Shown here: positions 1-11,327 of the stretch, one piece after another
Numbering within the stretch: position 1 is the stretch's first letter
Layout: each line of letters begins with the position of its first letter
NCBI GenBank assembly: GCA_965243205.1
Contig: CBDEUK010000002.1
Span: 1,888,001 to 1,952,000, forward strand
Direction: 5' to 3'
DNA from: Gammaproteobacteria bacterium
GTDB lineage: Bacteria; Pseudomonadota; Gammaproteobacteria; Eutrophobiales; Eutrophobiaceae
Length of the DNA stretch: 64,000 bases
The notes under the pieces: generated by a model
What the model saw: only the letters and a program-made list of their open reading frames with translations
Told to the model about the DNA's origin: nothing
Databases searched by the model: none
Made by a program: the position numbers and the translations under genes

Positions 1-216
1 ATCCGTCCTGATGATATCATTCATGATGATTCGAGCAATCTACAAGCCTTAGTTCGAGATAAAGTATTTAGAGGAGCGGAATTCTTATACACTTTAGAAT
101 TAAATAATGGTGAGCAAGTACTGAGTTTAGTTCCTAGTCATCATGACCATGCAATTGATCAGCCAATTGGTATTCGATTAGAGATTGATCATATGGTCGC
201 ATTTGATGATAAATAA
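1..216 (+). CDS. ABC transporter ATP-binding protein, C-terminal fragment (Fe3+/polyamine FbpC/PotA-like, TOBE domain)
   Basis: Manual translation of frame 1 gives IRPDDIIHDD...VFRGAEFLYTLEL...LSLVPSHHDHAIDQPIGIRLEIDHMVAFDDK*. The RPDD and FRG..Y pattern fits a TOBE tail. Truncated by the window edge. Confidence 0.8.
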   Translation: MRPDDIIHDDSSNLQALVRDKVFRGAEFLYTLELNNGEQVLSLVPSHHDHAIDQPIGIRLEIDHMVAFDDK

Positions 217-289
217 TGAGAATTTTTATCTACACTTCCTAATATGCCTGCTACAATTTTAAAAAAATGTTTACAGTGAGAATTGATTT

Positions 290-676
290 ATGAGTGATAT
301 CCCTGGTGATTTACAGTATTCCCCTAACCACACATGGCTTGAAGAAAACAGCGAAGGTTATAAGCGAGTTGGCATTACTGACTTTGCTCAATCAGAACTT
401 GGTGATGTTGTTTTTATAGAGTTACCCGAGGTCGGTCGGACTTATTCTGAAGGAGAAGAATGTGGGTTGGTTGAATCAGTAAAATCAGCTTCTGATATTT
501 ATGCCCCAATTACTGGAGAGATCATTGCAGTTAACGAAGCCATTGTCGATGATCCCGAAAAGATCAATCAAGACCCATATGGCGACGGTTGGTTATTTCA
601 TATTAAGCCTGAAAGTGATGAAGCCTCTGAGGTAGTTTCGGCTGATGAATACGAAGAATTAATTCAAGAAGATTAA
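290..676 (+). CDS. gcvH: Glycine cleavage system H protein
   Basis: VGITDFAQSELGDVVFIELP, lipoyl-lysine motif ESVKSASDIYAP, DPYGDGW. Confidence 0.97.
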   Translation: MSDIPGDLQYSPNHTWLEENSEGYKRVGITDFAQSELGDVVFIELPEVGRTYSEGEECGLVESVKSASDIYAPITGEIIAVNEAIVDDPEKINQDPYGDGWLFHIKPESDEASEVVSADEYEELIQED

Positions 677-681
677 TAATT

Positions 682-1179
682 ATGGCTGAAGTAAAACTAC
701 AAGGTACTCCCTGTCAGACTAATGGTGATCTACCTGCGATCGGAAGTAATGCTCCCGAGTTTGTATTAACGGATAAAGCATTAAAGGATATTGGTTTAGC
801 AAACTTTATTGGAAAAAAGAAAGTATTAAATATAGTACCTAGTTTGGATACACCCACTTGTGCTAAATCAACTAAACAATTTAATGATATTGCGCAACAA
901 AATTCTGAAGTTGCTTTTTTAATTATATCGGCTGATTTGCCTTTTGCGATGTCACGATTTTGTGGTGCAGAAGGGTTAAAAAACGTTGTTACACTTTCGA
1001 TGATGCGATCACGTAATTTTGCAAAAGATTATGGTGTTTTATTACAAGATGGGCCATTAGCAGGTATTACTAGTCGAGCTGTCCTAGTTTTAAATGAAGA
1101 AAATAAAGTCTTACATGCCGAATTGGTAGAAGAAATCGCTAATGAACCAAATTATGATGCGGTAGTATCTAAACTATAA
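682..1179 (+). CDS. tpx: Thiol peroxidase (atypical 2-Cys peroxiredoxin)
   Basis: PSLDTPTC, SADLPFAMSRFC, EPNYD motifs. Confidence 0.96.
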   Translation: MAEVKLQGTPCQTNGDLPAIGSNAPEFVLTDKALKDIGLANFIGKKKVLNIVPSLDTPTCAKSTKQFNDIAQQNSEVAFLIISADLPFAMSRFCGAEGLKNVVTLSMMRSRNFAKDYGVLLQDGPLAGITSRAVLVLNEENKVLHAELVEEIANEPNYDAVVSKL

Positions 1180-1201
1180 TAAATTATAAAGATTTTTACA
1201 T

Positions 1202-1564
1202 ATGGCCATAAAAGGCAACACAGGTATAAAACGAATTTATAATGCCTTCTTTTTTTCTATGAAAGGATTTAAGGCAACCTATCAAAATGAAGTATCATTT
1301 CGACAAGAAGTTTTTCTAAGTATTTTTTTACTTCCATTGGCTTTTTGGTTAGGCGATACAGGTTTTGAGAAAGCATTGCTTATTTCTGTCATTTTATTAG
1401 TCCTTATAGTTGAAATGCTGAATACTTGTGTAGAAGCTGTTGTTGATCGATTTGGTGGCGAACATCATGAGTTATCTGGTATGGCAAAAGATGTTGGCTC
1501 AGCAGCAGTTTTAATGTCTCTACTGAATGTTATTATTGTATGGACTCTTATCCTGTTATTTTAG
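1202..1564 (+). CDS. dgkA: Diacylglycerol kinase
   Basis: E-x-x-FRQE, EMLNTCVEAVVD, AKDVGSAAV; three TM segments. Confidence 0.95.
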   Translation: MAIKGNTGIKRIYNAFFFSMKGFKATYQNEVSFRQEVFLSIFLLPLAFWLGDTGFEKALLISVILLVLIVEMLNTCVEAVVDRFGGEHHELSGMAKDVGSAAVLMSLLNVIIVWTLILLF

Positions 1565-2497
1565 ATGCAGTAAAGCGTAATAGGCTGCGCCATGAGTACC
1601 GATTTCATCTTTCTTATTCAATTTTATTGTAATGTTTTCTAATAGTGGCTTATAAGCTTCAGCTGTTAAAAACATAAACTCTTCTAAGAAAATATCCGAT
1701 TGAACTATTTGAGGATTTTTCGCAGCTAAACCACCAGAAATAATTAATTCATTATCGATAACATTTGTTAAACAGTAATTTCTTGCTGTTCTTGCATAAT
1801 AACGACTGAATAAATTAATCGTTTCTTTATGTTTGTTATCATTAAATATTTCTTCAGCGCTTAACCTTTCTCCAGTTAAAAATTCATGAATGAAGCAAAT
1901 ACCTCGGCCGTTAACGATATTGTCTGTAACACAATAATCCACGTTTAGTTTTTGTTTTAAAAATTCTTCAAATGTTTTTTCTTCTTTGTTTATAAAACTA
2001 AATGTTGCATGCCCTGCTTCTGAAGGAAAGATTTGATTATTAACGATTGTACAGTGCCCTATCCCAGTTCCTGCACCAATAATACCGATGGTATTACCAA
2101 ATAAATTCGTTCCTTCTTTAATAGTAATAAGCTGTTTGGATACTTCAGGAATCAAACAGGCGTAAGCTTGTGCTGCAAAATCGTTGATCATAAAAACCAT
2201 TTGTTTTTCGCGTAAGTGTTTAACATTGATTTCCCAAGGAATGTTAGGCGGCAAACAAATATCATTATAAACTGGTCCTGGCACGGAAAAGCTTAATGTC
2301 TCGTATGATTGTATATCTAGGAATGATGAAGGTTTTTTCGATCGATAGTGATCTAATAGATCATTAAAGCAATGTATATCATTTGATTGAGTTTCTAATT
2401 TAAATATTTCAATATCATCTAAGTCTTTAAATGAATCTTGATGATATTGTGCAAAACGTGTTTTAGTACCACCAATGTCAATTGCAAGGGTTTTCAT
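1556..2497 (-). CDS. glk: Glucokinase (Glk family sugar kinase)
   Basis: DIGGT, VPGPV, INDFAAQAY, GAGTGIG, SEAGH, SGGLA motifs. Confidence 0.85.
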   Translation of the reverse strand: MKTLAIDIGGTKTRFAQYHQDSFKDLDDIEIFKLETQSNDIHCFNDLLDHYRSKKPSSFLDIQSYETLSFSVPGPVYNDICLPPNIPWEINVKHLREKQMVFMINDFAAQAYACLIPEVSKQLITIKEGTNLFGNTIGIIGAGTGIGHCTIVNNQIFPSEAGHATFSFINKEEKTFEEFLKQKLNVDYCVTDNIVNGRGICFIHEFLTGERLSAEEIFNDNKHKETINLFSRYYARTARNYCLTNVIDNELIISGGLAAKNPQIVQSDIFLEEFMFLTAEAYKPLLENITIKLNKKDEIGTHGAAYYALLHLK

Positions 2498-3168
2498 TGA
2501 TTGTCAATGTAAGGGTTAGAATTACCTTGTAAGGATTTTATTTTTTTATTCCGAGCCTTTTCTTCTACGGTGACAGGGTCTTGTTTATCCCACTGTTGTA
2601 AAGTTTGGTATTGTTTTTCACGAATTTCTAAATCGTATCGATTTGCCATGTAAAACATAGCGCGAGCAATATCACCACGTATTTCTTTGCGTGGCTCAAC
2701 AATTTTCTTTTGATAGTCGATTTCAAAATCACATGCGCCATATTTTCTTTTTTCGCCTTTCACATTGCCAAATGGATGACTACGCCTAGCTTCATTTATA
2801 TTTTCGCGAGATGGAAATAGATTGTGTAAATCAGCCTCTATGCGATTAAACTCAGCGCTGTTTTTACGACATTGTTTTCTTTCTCCGCAATTCAATGACC
2901 AAGCAACCCATGACATAGGAAATACATGTTCAATGTTAATATGGTCACGATTGTGATCAGAAAAAGTTTCACCACAATAAAGTGTTGTACCTCCATTAGG
3001 ATATAACTCATCCCAAAATATCCCACGCGCTTCGTAATAATTCTCAATGGCCATTGTATTATTGACTAGCTGCGTTGTAAGTTCTTCAGGCTTCATACCA
3101 AGATAAGAAGCAATGATTGCAATAATGAGTGCAACTAAAGTAGTGCCTTGTTTCGCTTGTTTATTCAT
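2494..3168 (-). CDS. Endonuclease I family (EndA/Dns-like) exported nuclease
   Basis: IEHVFP, ADLHNLFPS, RGDIARAMFYM, WDKQDPV, QGNSNPYI; N-terminal hydrophobic anchor. Confidence 0.9.
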   Translation of the reverse strand: MNKQAKQGTTLVALIIAIIASYLGMKPEELTTQLVNNTMAIENYYEARGIFWDELYPNGGTTLYCGETFSDHNRDHINIEHVFPMSWVAWSLNCGERKQCRKNSAEFNRIEADLHNLFPSRENINEARRSHPFGNVKGEKRKYGACDFEIDYQKKIVEPRKEIRGDIARAMFYMANRYDLEIREKQYQTLQQWDKQDPVTVEEKARNKKIKSLQGNSNPYIDNQ

Positions 3169-3188
3169 TTTTTTACGAATCCAGATTG

Positions 3189-4268
3189 TTAAAACGATTC
3201 ATGTTGCTCTAAGGCCCAAACGATATGTTCTTTTACCATATCAGAAACCATATTTAATTTAGTCTTTAATGCATTAATGATTTGTTCAGATGTTTTTGCA
3301 TTACCTAATGCAATGGCGATATTACGTAACCAACTATCATAACCAATCCTACGGATTGCACTGCCTTCAGTATTAGATAAAAACTCTTCTTCACTCCACA
3401 TGAAAAGATCAATTAACTCTGGCGCATCCAGACCGTTACGAATTCTGAAATCTTGTTCTTCTGTATTTTTAGCGAACTTATTCCAAGGGCAGATTAACTG
3501 GCAATCATCGCAACCATATATACGATTGCCTATGGCTTTACGAAACTCAATTGGAATGGACTCTCGTAACTCAATAGTTAAATAAGAAATACATTTTCGA
3601 GCATCAACACGATAAGGTGCAACAATCGCATCAGTAGGGCAGATATCAATACAGGCTGTACAAGAACCGCAATGATTAGTGGTAAAAGGTTCATCTACAG
3701 GTAATGGTAAGTCAGTATAAATTTCACCAAGAAAAAACCATGAACCAGATTTAGGGTGAATCAAGTTGCTGTGTTTACCGATCCATCCATTGCCGGCATT
3801 ACGTGCTAGGGCTTTTTCTAAAACAGGTGCACTATCAACAAAGGCGCGATAACCAAATTCACCAATAGTTGCCTCGATATGATTCGCTAATTTTTGCAGC
3901 CGTTGTCGTAATAGCTTATGGTAATCACGTCCCATAGCATAACGTGAAACATAGGCTTTGTTTGAATCATTTAACACGGTACTTGGATGAGTTGCATCGG
4001 GTGGTAAATAATCCATGCGTAAAGAAATTACCCGATGCGTACCAGGCAATAATTCTGCAGGACGTGAACGTTTCGTACCGTGACGTTGCATATAATCCAT
4101 TTCGCCATGAAAGCCATCATCTAACCAATTTAATAGATATTGTTCATCTTTTGTTAAATCAATATCTGTAATGCCACAGGCTTGAAAACCAAGTTGTTCC
4201 GACCATTTTTTAATGGATAGACTAAGCATTTTATAGTCAATAGATTGGTTTTGGCTTGAATTTGGCAT
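3189..4268 (-). CDS. queG: tRNA epoxyqueuosine(34) reductase
   Basis: SRYAMGRDYH, VDSAPVLEK, two Fe-S motifs CGSCTACIDICP and GCDDCQLICPWN. Confidence 0.97.
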   Translation of the reverse strand: MPNSSQNQSIDYKMLSLSIKKWSEQLGFQACGITDIDLTKDEQYLLNWLDDGFHGEMDYMQRHGTKRSRPAELLPGTHRVISLRMDYLPPDATHPSTVLNDSNKAYVSRYAMGRDYHKLLRQRLQKLANHIEATIGEFGYRAFVDSAPVLEKALARNAGNGWIGKHSNLIHPKSGSWFFLGEIYTDLPLPVDEPFTTNHCGSCTACIDICPTDAIVAPYRVDARKCISYLTIELRESIPIEFRKAIGNRIYGCDDCQLICPWNKFAKNTEEQDFRIRNGLDAPELIDLFMWSEEEFLSNTEGSAIRRIGYDSWLRNIAIALGNAKTSEQIINALKTKLNMVSDMVKEHIVWALEQHESF

Positions 4269-4354
4269 TATTTGCGAATGTTTCGTATGTGATTGCTATG
4301 TTCACTGCGTTAATATGTTTACTATTATGACCTTAGAATGTTGCGACGGAAACT

Positions 4355-5431
4355 TTGATGTTTGAATTTATTAAAGCTTGGTATCAACGCTACTTTACTG
4401 ATCCTCAAGCTGCTTTATTAGCAGTATTGATCGTTGTTTTTTCCATCACCATTTTTTACTTTGGAAAAATGTTAGCGCCATTGATGGCGGCGATGATCAT
4501 TGCTTATTTACTTGAAGCTTCTGTACAAAAATGCCAGCGATACAATTGCCCTAGAATTATTGCGGTTAATGTGGTGTTTTTGTTATTTGTCGCATTCATG
4601 TTGTTTATATTGATTGTTTTATTACCAATCTTAACCAGACAAATTACTCAGTTTTTCCAAGAAGTCCCAGAGATGCTGAATAACGGTCAGACTTTATTGT
4701 TGACCTTGCCGGAAAAATACCCTGAATTAATTTCAGAATCGGCAGTATCGCAGTTTATAGGGACCATACGTAGAAGCTTGAGTGATTTGGGCAGTAATGT
4801 GTTTTCATTTTCAGTCGCATCCATACCAGCTTTAATATCCGCATTAGTTTATTTGGTGTTAGTGCCGTTAATGGTGTTTTTCTTTTTGAAAGACAAAGAA
4901 CTTATTTTATCTTGGTTAGGGCGTTTTTTACCTGCTGACAGACGTTTGGTTGATGAAGTCTGGCAAGAGATGGACGACCAAATTGGTAACTACATACGTG
5001 GTAAAGTTTACGAAATTATTATTGTTGGAGCGGTTTCATATATTACATTTCAGATTCTTGGATTAAATTATGCGCCGTTATTAGCTTTAATGGTGGGCTT
5101 GTCTGTATTGATTCCTTATATAGGTGCTGCAGTTGTTACATTACCGATTGCGATTGTGGCTTATTTCCAATGGGGGCTGACCAGTGATTTTTATTGGTGC
5201 ATTGGCTCTTACCTAGTCATTCAATTTCTCGATGGTAATGTTTTAGTGCCTATTTTGTTTTCAGAGGCCGTCAATTTACATCCCGTTGCGATTATCGTTG
5301 CTATTTTAGTTTTCGGGGGACTATGGGGGTTTTGGGGTGTGTTCTTTGCTATTCCATTAGCAACATTAGTTAAAGCCGTTATCAATGCATGGCCGATGAC
5401 GTCTGAAGAAGAACAGATTATAGAAGGATAA
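4355..5431 (+). CDS. AI-2E family transporter (PerM-like)
   Basis: Multi-TM protein with IPYIGA, QFLDGNVLVP, NLHPVAII, GGLWGFWGVFFAIP; start may be the ATG at 4358. Confidence 0.92.
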   Translation: MMFEFIKAWYQRYFTDPQAALLAVLIVVFSITIFYFGKMLAPLMAAMIIAYLLEASVQKCQRYNCPRIIAVNVVFLLFVAFMLFILIVLLPILTRQITQFFQEVPEMLNNGQTLLLTLPEKYPELISESAVSQFIGTIRRSLSDLGSNVFSFSVASIPALISALVYLVLVPLMVFFFLKDKELILSWLGRFLPADRRLVDEVWQEMDDQIGNYIRGKVYEIIIVGAVSYITFQILGLNYAPLLALMVGLSVLIPYIGAAVVTLPIAIVAYFQWGLTSDFYWCIGSYLVIQFLDGNVLVPILFSEAVNLHPVAIIVAILVFGGLWGFWGVFFAIPLATLVKAVINAWPMTSEEEQIIEG

Positions 5432-5434
5432 GTT

Positions 5435-6880
5435 TTATAAAATATCCGAAGCGATATCGGCTAAACGTGAACGTTCTCCACGTTGTAAGGTGATATGTCC
5501 ACTGTGTTCCCAATGTTTAAATCGATCCACTACATACGTTAAGCCTGAAGTTGTTTCAGTCAGATAAGGTGTATCGATTTGGCTGATATTACCTAAACAA
5601 ACGATCTTACTACCAGGCCCAGCACGGGTAATTAAGGTTTTCATTTGCTTTGAAGTTAAATTCTGCGCTTCGTCGACAATAATGAAGCGATTAAGGAAAG
5701 TACGGCCGCGCATGAAATTCAAAGAGCGGATTTTAATGCGTTTGGTTAATAAATCAGAGGTTGCTGCCTTACCCCAATCGGTTTCATCTTCAGAATTGGT
5801 GAGCACTTCTAAGTTATCGAGTAAAGCGCCCATCCACGGTGCCATTTTTTCTTCTTCAGTTCCTGGTAAGAATCCAATGTCTTCTGCTACTGGTACCGTG
5901 ACTCGAGTAATAATAATTTCTTTATAAATTTTGGTTTCCATACATTGATGTAAACCAGCTGCTAGAGCCAATAAAGTTTTTCCGGTTCCAGCAACACCGA
6001 GTAGAGACACTAAATCTATTTGTGGATCCATTAATAGGTTTAACGCAAAATTTTGTTCCATATTGCGAGCATTAATTCCCCATATAGCACCGCCATTGCG
6101 ATAATCAGTAGCAACTCGAAGTGTCGTTTTATCATCATCGGTTTTTTCCACCATGGCTTCAAAGCCATCGTCTGAATGCAGACACATATATGGATAGCAA
6201 TCGTCGAATAACTCAGAGTTTATTTCATAATAGGATTTTCGTTCGTCTTGCCATGACTTGAGTTGATTGTTTTCTTGATCCCAAAAACCTTCTGCCAGTT
6301 GGTACATTCCAGAGTAAAGTAAATCTGCATCGTCCAATACTTTGTCATTGAAATAATCTTCTGTCGGAATACCAATAACATGGGCCTTAATGCGAAGGTT
6401 AATATCTTTAGAAACAACGATAACATGAGAATCAGAATATTTTTCACGTAAGGACAAAGCTGTCGCTAAAATCGAATTATCAATATTTTTACCCGGCAAA
6501 CTATCAGGGAGATCATTAGTTAATACTTCGGTTTGTAAAAACAATCGGCCACTTGGTACGACTTTCCCAGACATTTGTTGTAAATCAGATAAAGGTAGAC
6601 CTTGTTGAATGGCTTCATGGTCAGCATCGGTTAGCAATGAGTCTAAAAAACGGCTGACTTGACGAACGTTTCTGGCAACTTCCGAAGTGCCTTTTTTTGC
6701 AGCGTCTAATTCTTCAACTACCGCCATGGGTATGAATAAATCATGTTCATGGAAACGAAAAATAGCACCAGGATCGTGCATCAATACATTGGTATCGAGT
6801 ACAAACAAGCGTTTTTTATTATCGTGAGGCCGTTCTATCAAAGGATCGTTTTCTGTATTTTCAATAACTTTTTCAAGCAT
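5435..6880 (-). CDS. PIN-PhoH family protein (PhoH2-like)
   Basis: N-terminal PIN LDTNVLMHD; Walker A GVAGTGKT; RGRTF; DEAQN. Confidence 0.93.
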   Translation of the reverse strand: MLEKVIENTENDPLIERPHDNKKRLFVLDTNVLMHDPGAIFRFHEHDLFIPMAVVEELDAAKKGTSEVARNVRQVSRFLDSLLTDADHEAIQQGLPLSDLQQMSGKVVPSGRLFLQTEVLTNDLPDSLPGKNIDNSILATALSLREKYSDSHVIVVSKDINLRIKAHVIGIPTEDYFNDKVLDDADLLYSGMYQLAEGFWDQENNQLKSWQDERKSYYEINSELFDDCYPYMCLHSDDGFEAMVEKTDDDKTTLRVATDYRNGGAIWGINARNMEQNFALNLLMDPQIDLVSLLGVAGTGKTLLALAAGLHQCMETKIYKEIIITRVTVPVAEDIGFLPGTEEEKMAPWMGALLDNLEVLTNSEDETDWGKAATSDLLTKRIKIRSLNFMRGRTFLNRFIIVDEAQNLTSKQMKTLITRAGPGSKIVCLGNISQIDTPYLTETTSGLTYVVDRFKHWEHSGHITLQRGERSRLADIASDIL

Positions 6881-6980
6881 AGGAATAAGTAAAATGAGTG
6901 AATAATCGGATAAATGGAAATAGCTTGGTTTTTTATTCTTCTAAACATTGCCTGCCTAGTATGCACAACTTTTCTTAAAT

Positions 6981-7508
6981 TTATTTTACAGGTTCTAAGA
7001 TTGCGTCGAGGTTTAGTTTTTCACAAAAGTCCATAAAATCACCTCTAAGTGAAGCGATAGAGATATCCACTGGGATATTGATAGTCATGTGTAGCGTGAA
7101 CATTGGAGTACCAGTATTCGCAGCAGTATAGCTATTTGTATTCATATCTTGAATGCTGATGTTGTTATCAGCGAGGAATTTTGCGATATCACTCACCACA
7201 CCAATATGATCATATGAGACTAAATCGATAGCATAAGGCATTAATTCTGTTTCAAGAGTTTGATTCTCAGTACGTTTTTTAATGATGCTCAGATTCAAAC
7301 GATTTTCTAGCTTTTCGAACTGATTTTCCATTTTAGCGATGGTATCCCAAGTGCCAGATAGCATCATGAGCATTGCCATTTCTTGGCCTAAGTTGTTCAT
7401 TCGTGCATCCACAATATTACAACCGCAATCTTTGATTACTGTCGATATTTGTTCTACAAGGTTATCGTTATAAGTACCGAGGATAGTTACGACTAAAAAG
7501 TTTTGCAT
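6981..7508 (-). CDS. gcvR: Glycine cleavage system regulator, tandem ACT domains
   Basis: GCNIVDARM, LSGTWDTIAKME, DHIGVV; divergent from dapA as usual. Confidence 0.88.
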   Translation of the reverse strand: MQNFLVVTILGTYNDNLVEQISTVIKDCGCNIVDARMNNLGQEMAMLMMLSGTWDTIAKMENQFEKLENRLNLSIIKKRTENQTLETELMPYAIDLVSYDHIGVVSDIAKFLADNNISIQDMNTNSYTAANTGTPMFTLHMTINIPVDISIASLRGDFMDFCEKLNLDAILEPVK

Positions 7509-7733
7509 GGATTTAACTTAAAATAACGAGCAAAAAGATAGGTACGAAATGAAATTTCAATATATACAGTGAATATGAATAGTCTTGTCATGTCTTCTAC
7601 AGATAAGTACCATACCTTACCCTGCATTTAGTGCCAAGCCACATTCACTGTTTGGCGCGAAATTTCACTAAATTAATCGTGATCTTAGAAAAATATAACT
7701 CCTATGGTTTTGTAGACTAGAGAAGAATTATTA

Positions 7734-8639
7734 ATGGCGGAAGAAAAACACAGCTTAAAAGGCAGTATGGTTGCTGTTGCAACACCAATGAAAAAAGGTG
7801 TCAAACCTGATACCGAGTTGGATATAAAGGCTTTAGAAGCGTTAATAGAATTTCATATCGAGAATGAGTCTGATGCATTGGTGGCTGTTGGCACTACAGG
7901 TGAGTCAGCCACACTCAATATGCAAGAACATACTGAGACAATAGAACGGTTTGTGGCCATAGCCAAAGGCCGAATCCCTATTATCGCAGGAACCGGTGCT
8001 AATTCGACCACTGAAGCGATTGAATTAACGGAAAATGCAAAAAAAGCTGGTGCGGATGCCTGTTTGTTGGTGACACCTTACTATAATAAGCCGACCCAAG
8101 AGGGCTTATACCAACATTATAAGGCGATTGCTGAAGCCGTTGAGATTGATCAAATACTCTATAATGTGCCGGGTCGTACAGCTTGCGATATGCAGCCTGA
8201 GACGATTGGCCGTTTGGCAAGTGTTGATAACATAGTGGGTGTCAAAGAGGCTACAGGTGATTTAAGTCGTGTTGCTGAAATTCGTAAATTATGTGGAGAA
8301 GGTTTTCTCTTAGTAAGTGGTGATGATGCCACAACCTGTGATTTTATCTTACAAGGTGGCGATGGGGTGATTACTGTCACGGGTAATATCGCACCTAAAT
8401 TAATGCACGATATGTGTGTGGCAGCGAGTGCTGGCGATGAAGTAGAAGCTAAACGTATCGACAAACTCATTTCTGGACTGCACGAAAAGTTATTTGTGGA
8501 GTCCAATCCTATACCTACTAAATGGGCCTTGAATAAAATGGGCTTAATTGACAGTGGGATTCGTTTACCATTGACTTGGATGTCAGAAGAAAAAGAATCA
8601 GAAGTTATCGAGGCAATGAAACAAGCAGGTGTTATATAG
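7734..8639 (+). CDS. dapA: 4-hydroxy-tetrahydrodipicolinate synthase
   Basis: GTTGES, YNVPGRT, GVKEATGD, SNPIP. Confidence 0.97.
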   Translation: MAEEKHSLKGSMVAVATPMKKGVKPDTELDIKALEALIEFHIENESDALVAVGTTGESATLNMQEHTETIERFVAIAKGRIPIIAGTGANSTTEAIELTENAKKAGADACLLVTPYYNKPTQEGLYQHYKAIAEAVEIDQILYNVPGRTACDMQPETIGRLASVDNIVGVKEATGDLSRVAEIRKLCGEGFLLVSGDDATTCDFILQGGDGVITVTGNIAPKLMHDMCVAASAGDEVEAKRIDKLISGLHEKLFVESNPIPTKWALNKMGLIDSGIRLPLTWMSEEKESEVIEAMKQAGVI

Positions 8640-8662
8640 ACGCACCTCTAAATTGAATTATT

Positions 8663-9715
8663 ATGAAATTAACAACAATAAAATCGTTCATTCTAGCAAT
8701 ATTATTTATTAGCATTTCTGCTTGTGAATACATCCCAACCTTGGATGAAGTAGTTCCTGACAAACGTTCGGAATATCGAAAAAGTCGTTCACTTCCTGAT
8801 CTAGAAGTGCCACCTGACTTAACCATCGAACGTGAAGATGATTTAGTGATCCCGGGCGAATCAGAGCCAACAACTTTAAGTGCTTATGAGTTGCAGAAGA
8901 AACGTGGTGGATTGTCTCAACTAGAGGCGCTAGAACAACAATATCCTGGTGAAAAAGTTTTGCCAGTTGCAGGTGGTACAGTTGACGTATGGCCTGATTT
9001 AATCGGTTATTTTAAAGACAAAGGCTATGAGATAGATTTAGAGGATGCCGAATTAGGCGTGCTGGAAACAACATGGTTAGCGACTGGTGATAGTTCGCGA
9101 GATAAATTCAAAATTTTTGCTGAACCATCGGAAACCGGTAATAACACCATATTATTTATCTCCAGTGAACGCCAAGAAAAAATTGGTTTAGGGGATACCA
9201 ATGTTGAATGGTTGGAGCAGGAAGCCGACGAACGAAAAACCAATCGTTATGTTGCTGAAATCAAAACTATGTTCTATGGAACCAGTGATGTGATTGCTGC
9301 AACTCCTGCTGGTTCAAGCACTAGCCCAGAGCCTATCAGACCACAAGCGATTTTAGAAAGTGCTGGTGATAAGAAATATTTATTACGTTTACCTGAAAGT
9401 TTTGATTCTGGTTGGTCGCAAACAGCAGAATTATTAGAACGTGCTGGTGCTAGAATCGAAAAGACCGACTCATCCAAAGGTATTTTCTATGTGTTGTATC
9501 AACCTCAAGTCACTCAGCCGCAAGAGGAAAAAGGATTCTTCAGTAAATTAAAATTTTGGGGTGATGATGAGCCTGATACTTCTGAGTTTCAGATCAGTGT
9601 TACTGGGCTTGAAGGCAATACGGAAATTGTTGTGTTAGACGATGATGGGGATTGGAATGCGGATCCTGTTGCTGATACTTTACTCAGTGCGATGTTGGAT
9701 GCCTATAATCGATAA
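8663..9715 (+). CDS. bamC: Outer membrane protein assembly lipoprotein BamC
   Basis: Lipobox ISAC, LEVPPDL, GVLETTW; directly downstream of dapA. Confidence 0.88.
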   Translation: MKLTTIKSFILAILFISISACEYIPTLDEVVPDKRSEYRKSRSLPDLEVPPDLTIEREDDLVIPGESEPTTLSAYELQKKRGGLSQLEALEQQYPGEKVLPVAGGTVDVWPDLIGYFKDKGYEIDLEDAELGVLETTWLATGDSSRDKFKIFAEPSETGNNTILFISSERQEKIGLGDTNVEWLEQEADERKTNRYVAEIKTMFYGTSDVIAATPAGSSTSPEPIRPQAILESAGDKKYLLRLPESFDSGWSQTAELLERAGARIEKTDSSKGIFYVLYQPQVTQPQEEKGFFSKLKFWGDDEPDTSEFQISVTGLEGNTEIVVLDDDGDWNADPVADTLLSAMLDAYNR

Positions 9716-9743
9716 TCACAACTTTAACATATCTTTATAATTG

Positions 9744-9768
9744 AAAGCCTACAGTTTAGTAGGCTTTT
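9744..9768 (+). terminator. Rho-independent terminator after bamC
   Basis: AAAGCCTAC-agttta-GTAGGCTTTT perfect stem. Confidence 0.75.
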
Positions 9769-9776
9769 AACTTTAA

Positions 9777-10904
<1,128 letters not shown>

Positions 10905-10959
10905 TAGCGCGCTCGAAAATTAACAGAACATTATAAAACAACAGAGAAAACGGTAAGTC

Positions 10960-11289
10960 ATGGATTTTTTTATAAATAATGCTTGGGCTCAAGCTGCTCC
11001 AGCCCCTGGAGGCAGTGGAATGGCGAATATTATTTTCATCGTTGTTATGTTCGCGGTGTTTTGGTTTATTTTAATTCGCCCGCAAATGAAACAACAAAAA
11101 GAACATAAAAATATGGTCTCAGCATTGGCAAAAGGCGATGAAGTTGTGTCTGCTGGTGGCATACTTGGCAAAATTACCAAAATCGGCGATAACTTTGTTG
11201 AGTTAGAAATTGCCGATAATGTTGTTATAAAAATACAAAAAAACAGTATCTCCAATGTGCTACCTAAAGGCACATTGAAGACCATGTAA
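10960..11289 (+). CDS. yajC: Preprotein translocase subunit YajC
   Basis: LIRPQ, KGDEVVSAGGILG; synteny. Confidence 0.96.
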   Translation: MDFFINNAWAQAAPAPGGSGMANIIFIVVMFAVFWFILIRPQMKQQKEHKNMVSALAKGDEVVSAGGILGKITKIGDNFVELEIADNVVIKIQKNSISNVLPKGTLKTM

Positions 11290-11327
11290 TCCTAGGAATT
11301 TATTGTCACACACTTAAGATAAGTACT

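Noticed and set aside
5435-6880. PIN domain as a toxin-antitoxin toxin, or PhoH as a phage marker
   Set aside because: The PIN-PhoH fusion is a common chromosomal gene; no antitoxin or phage genes are adjacent
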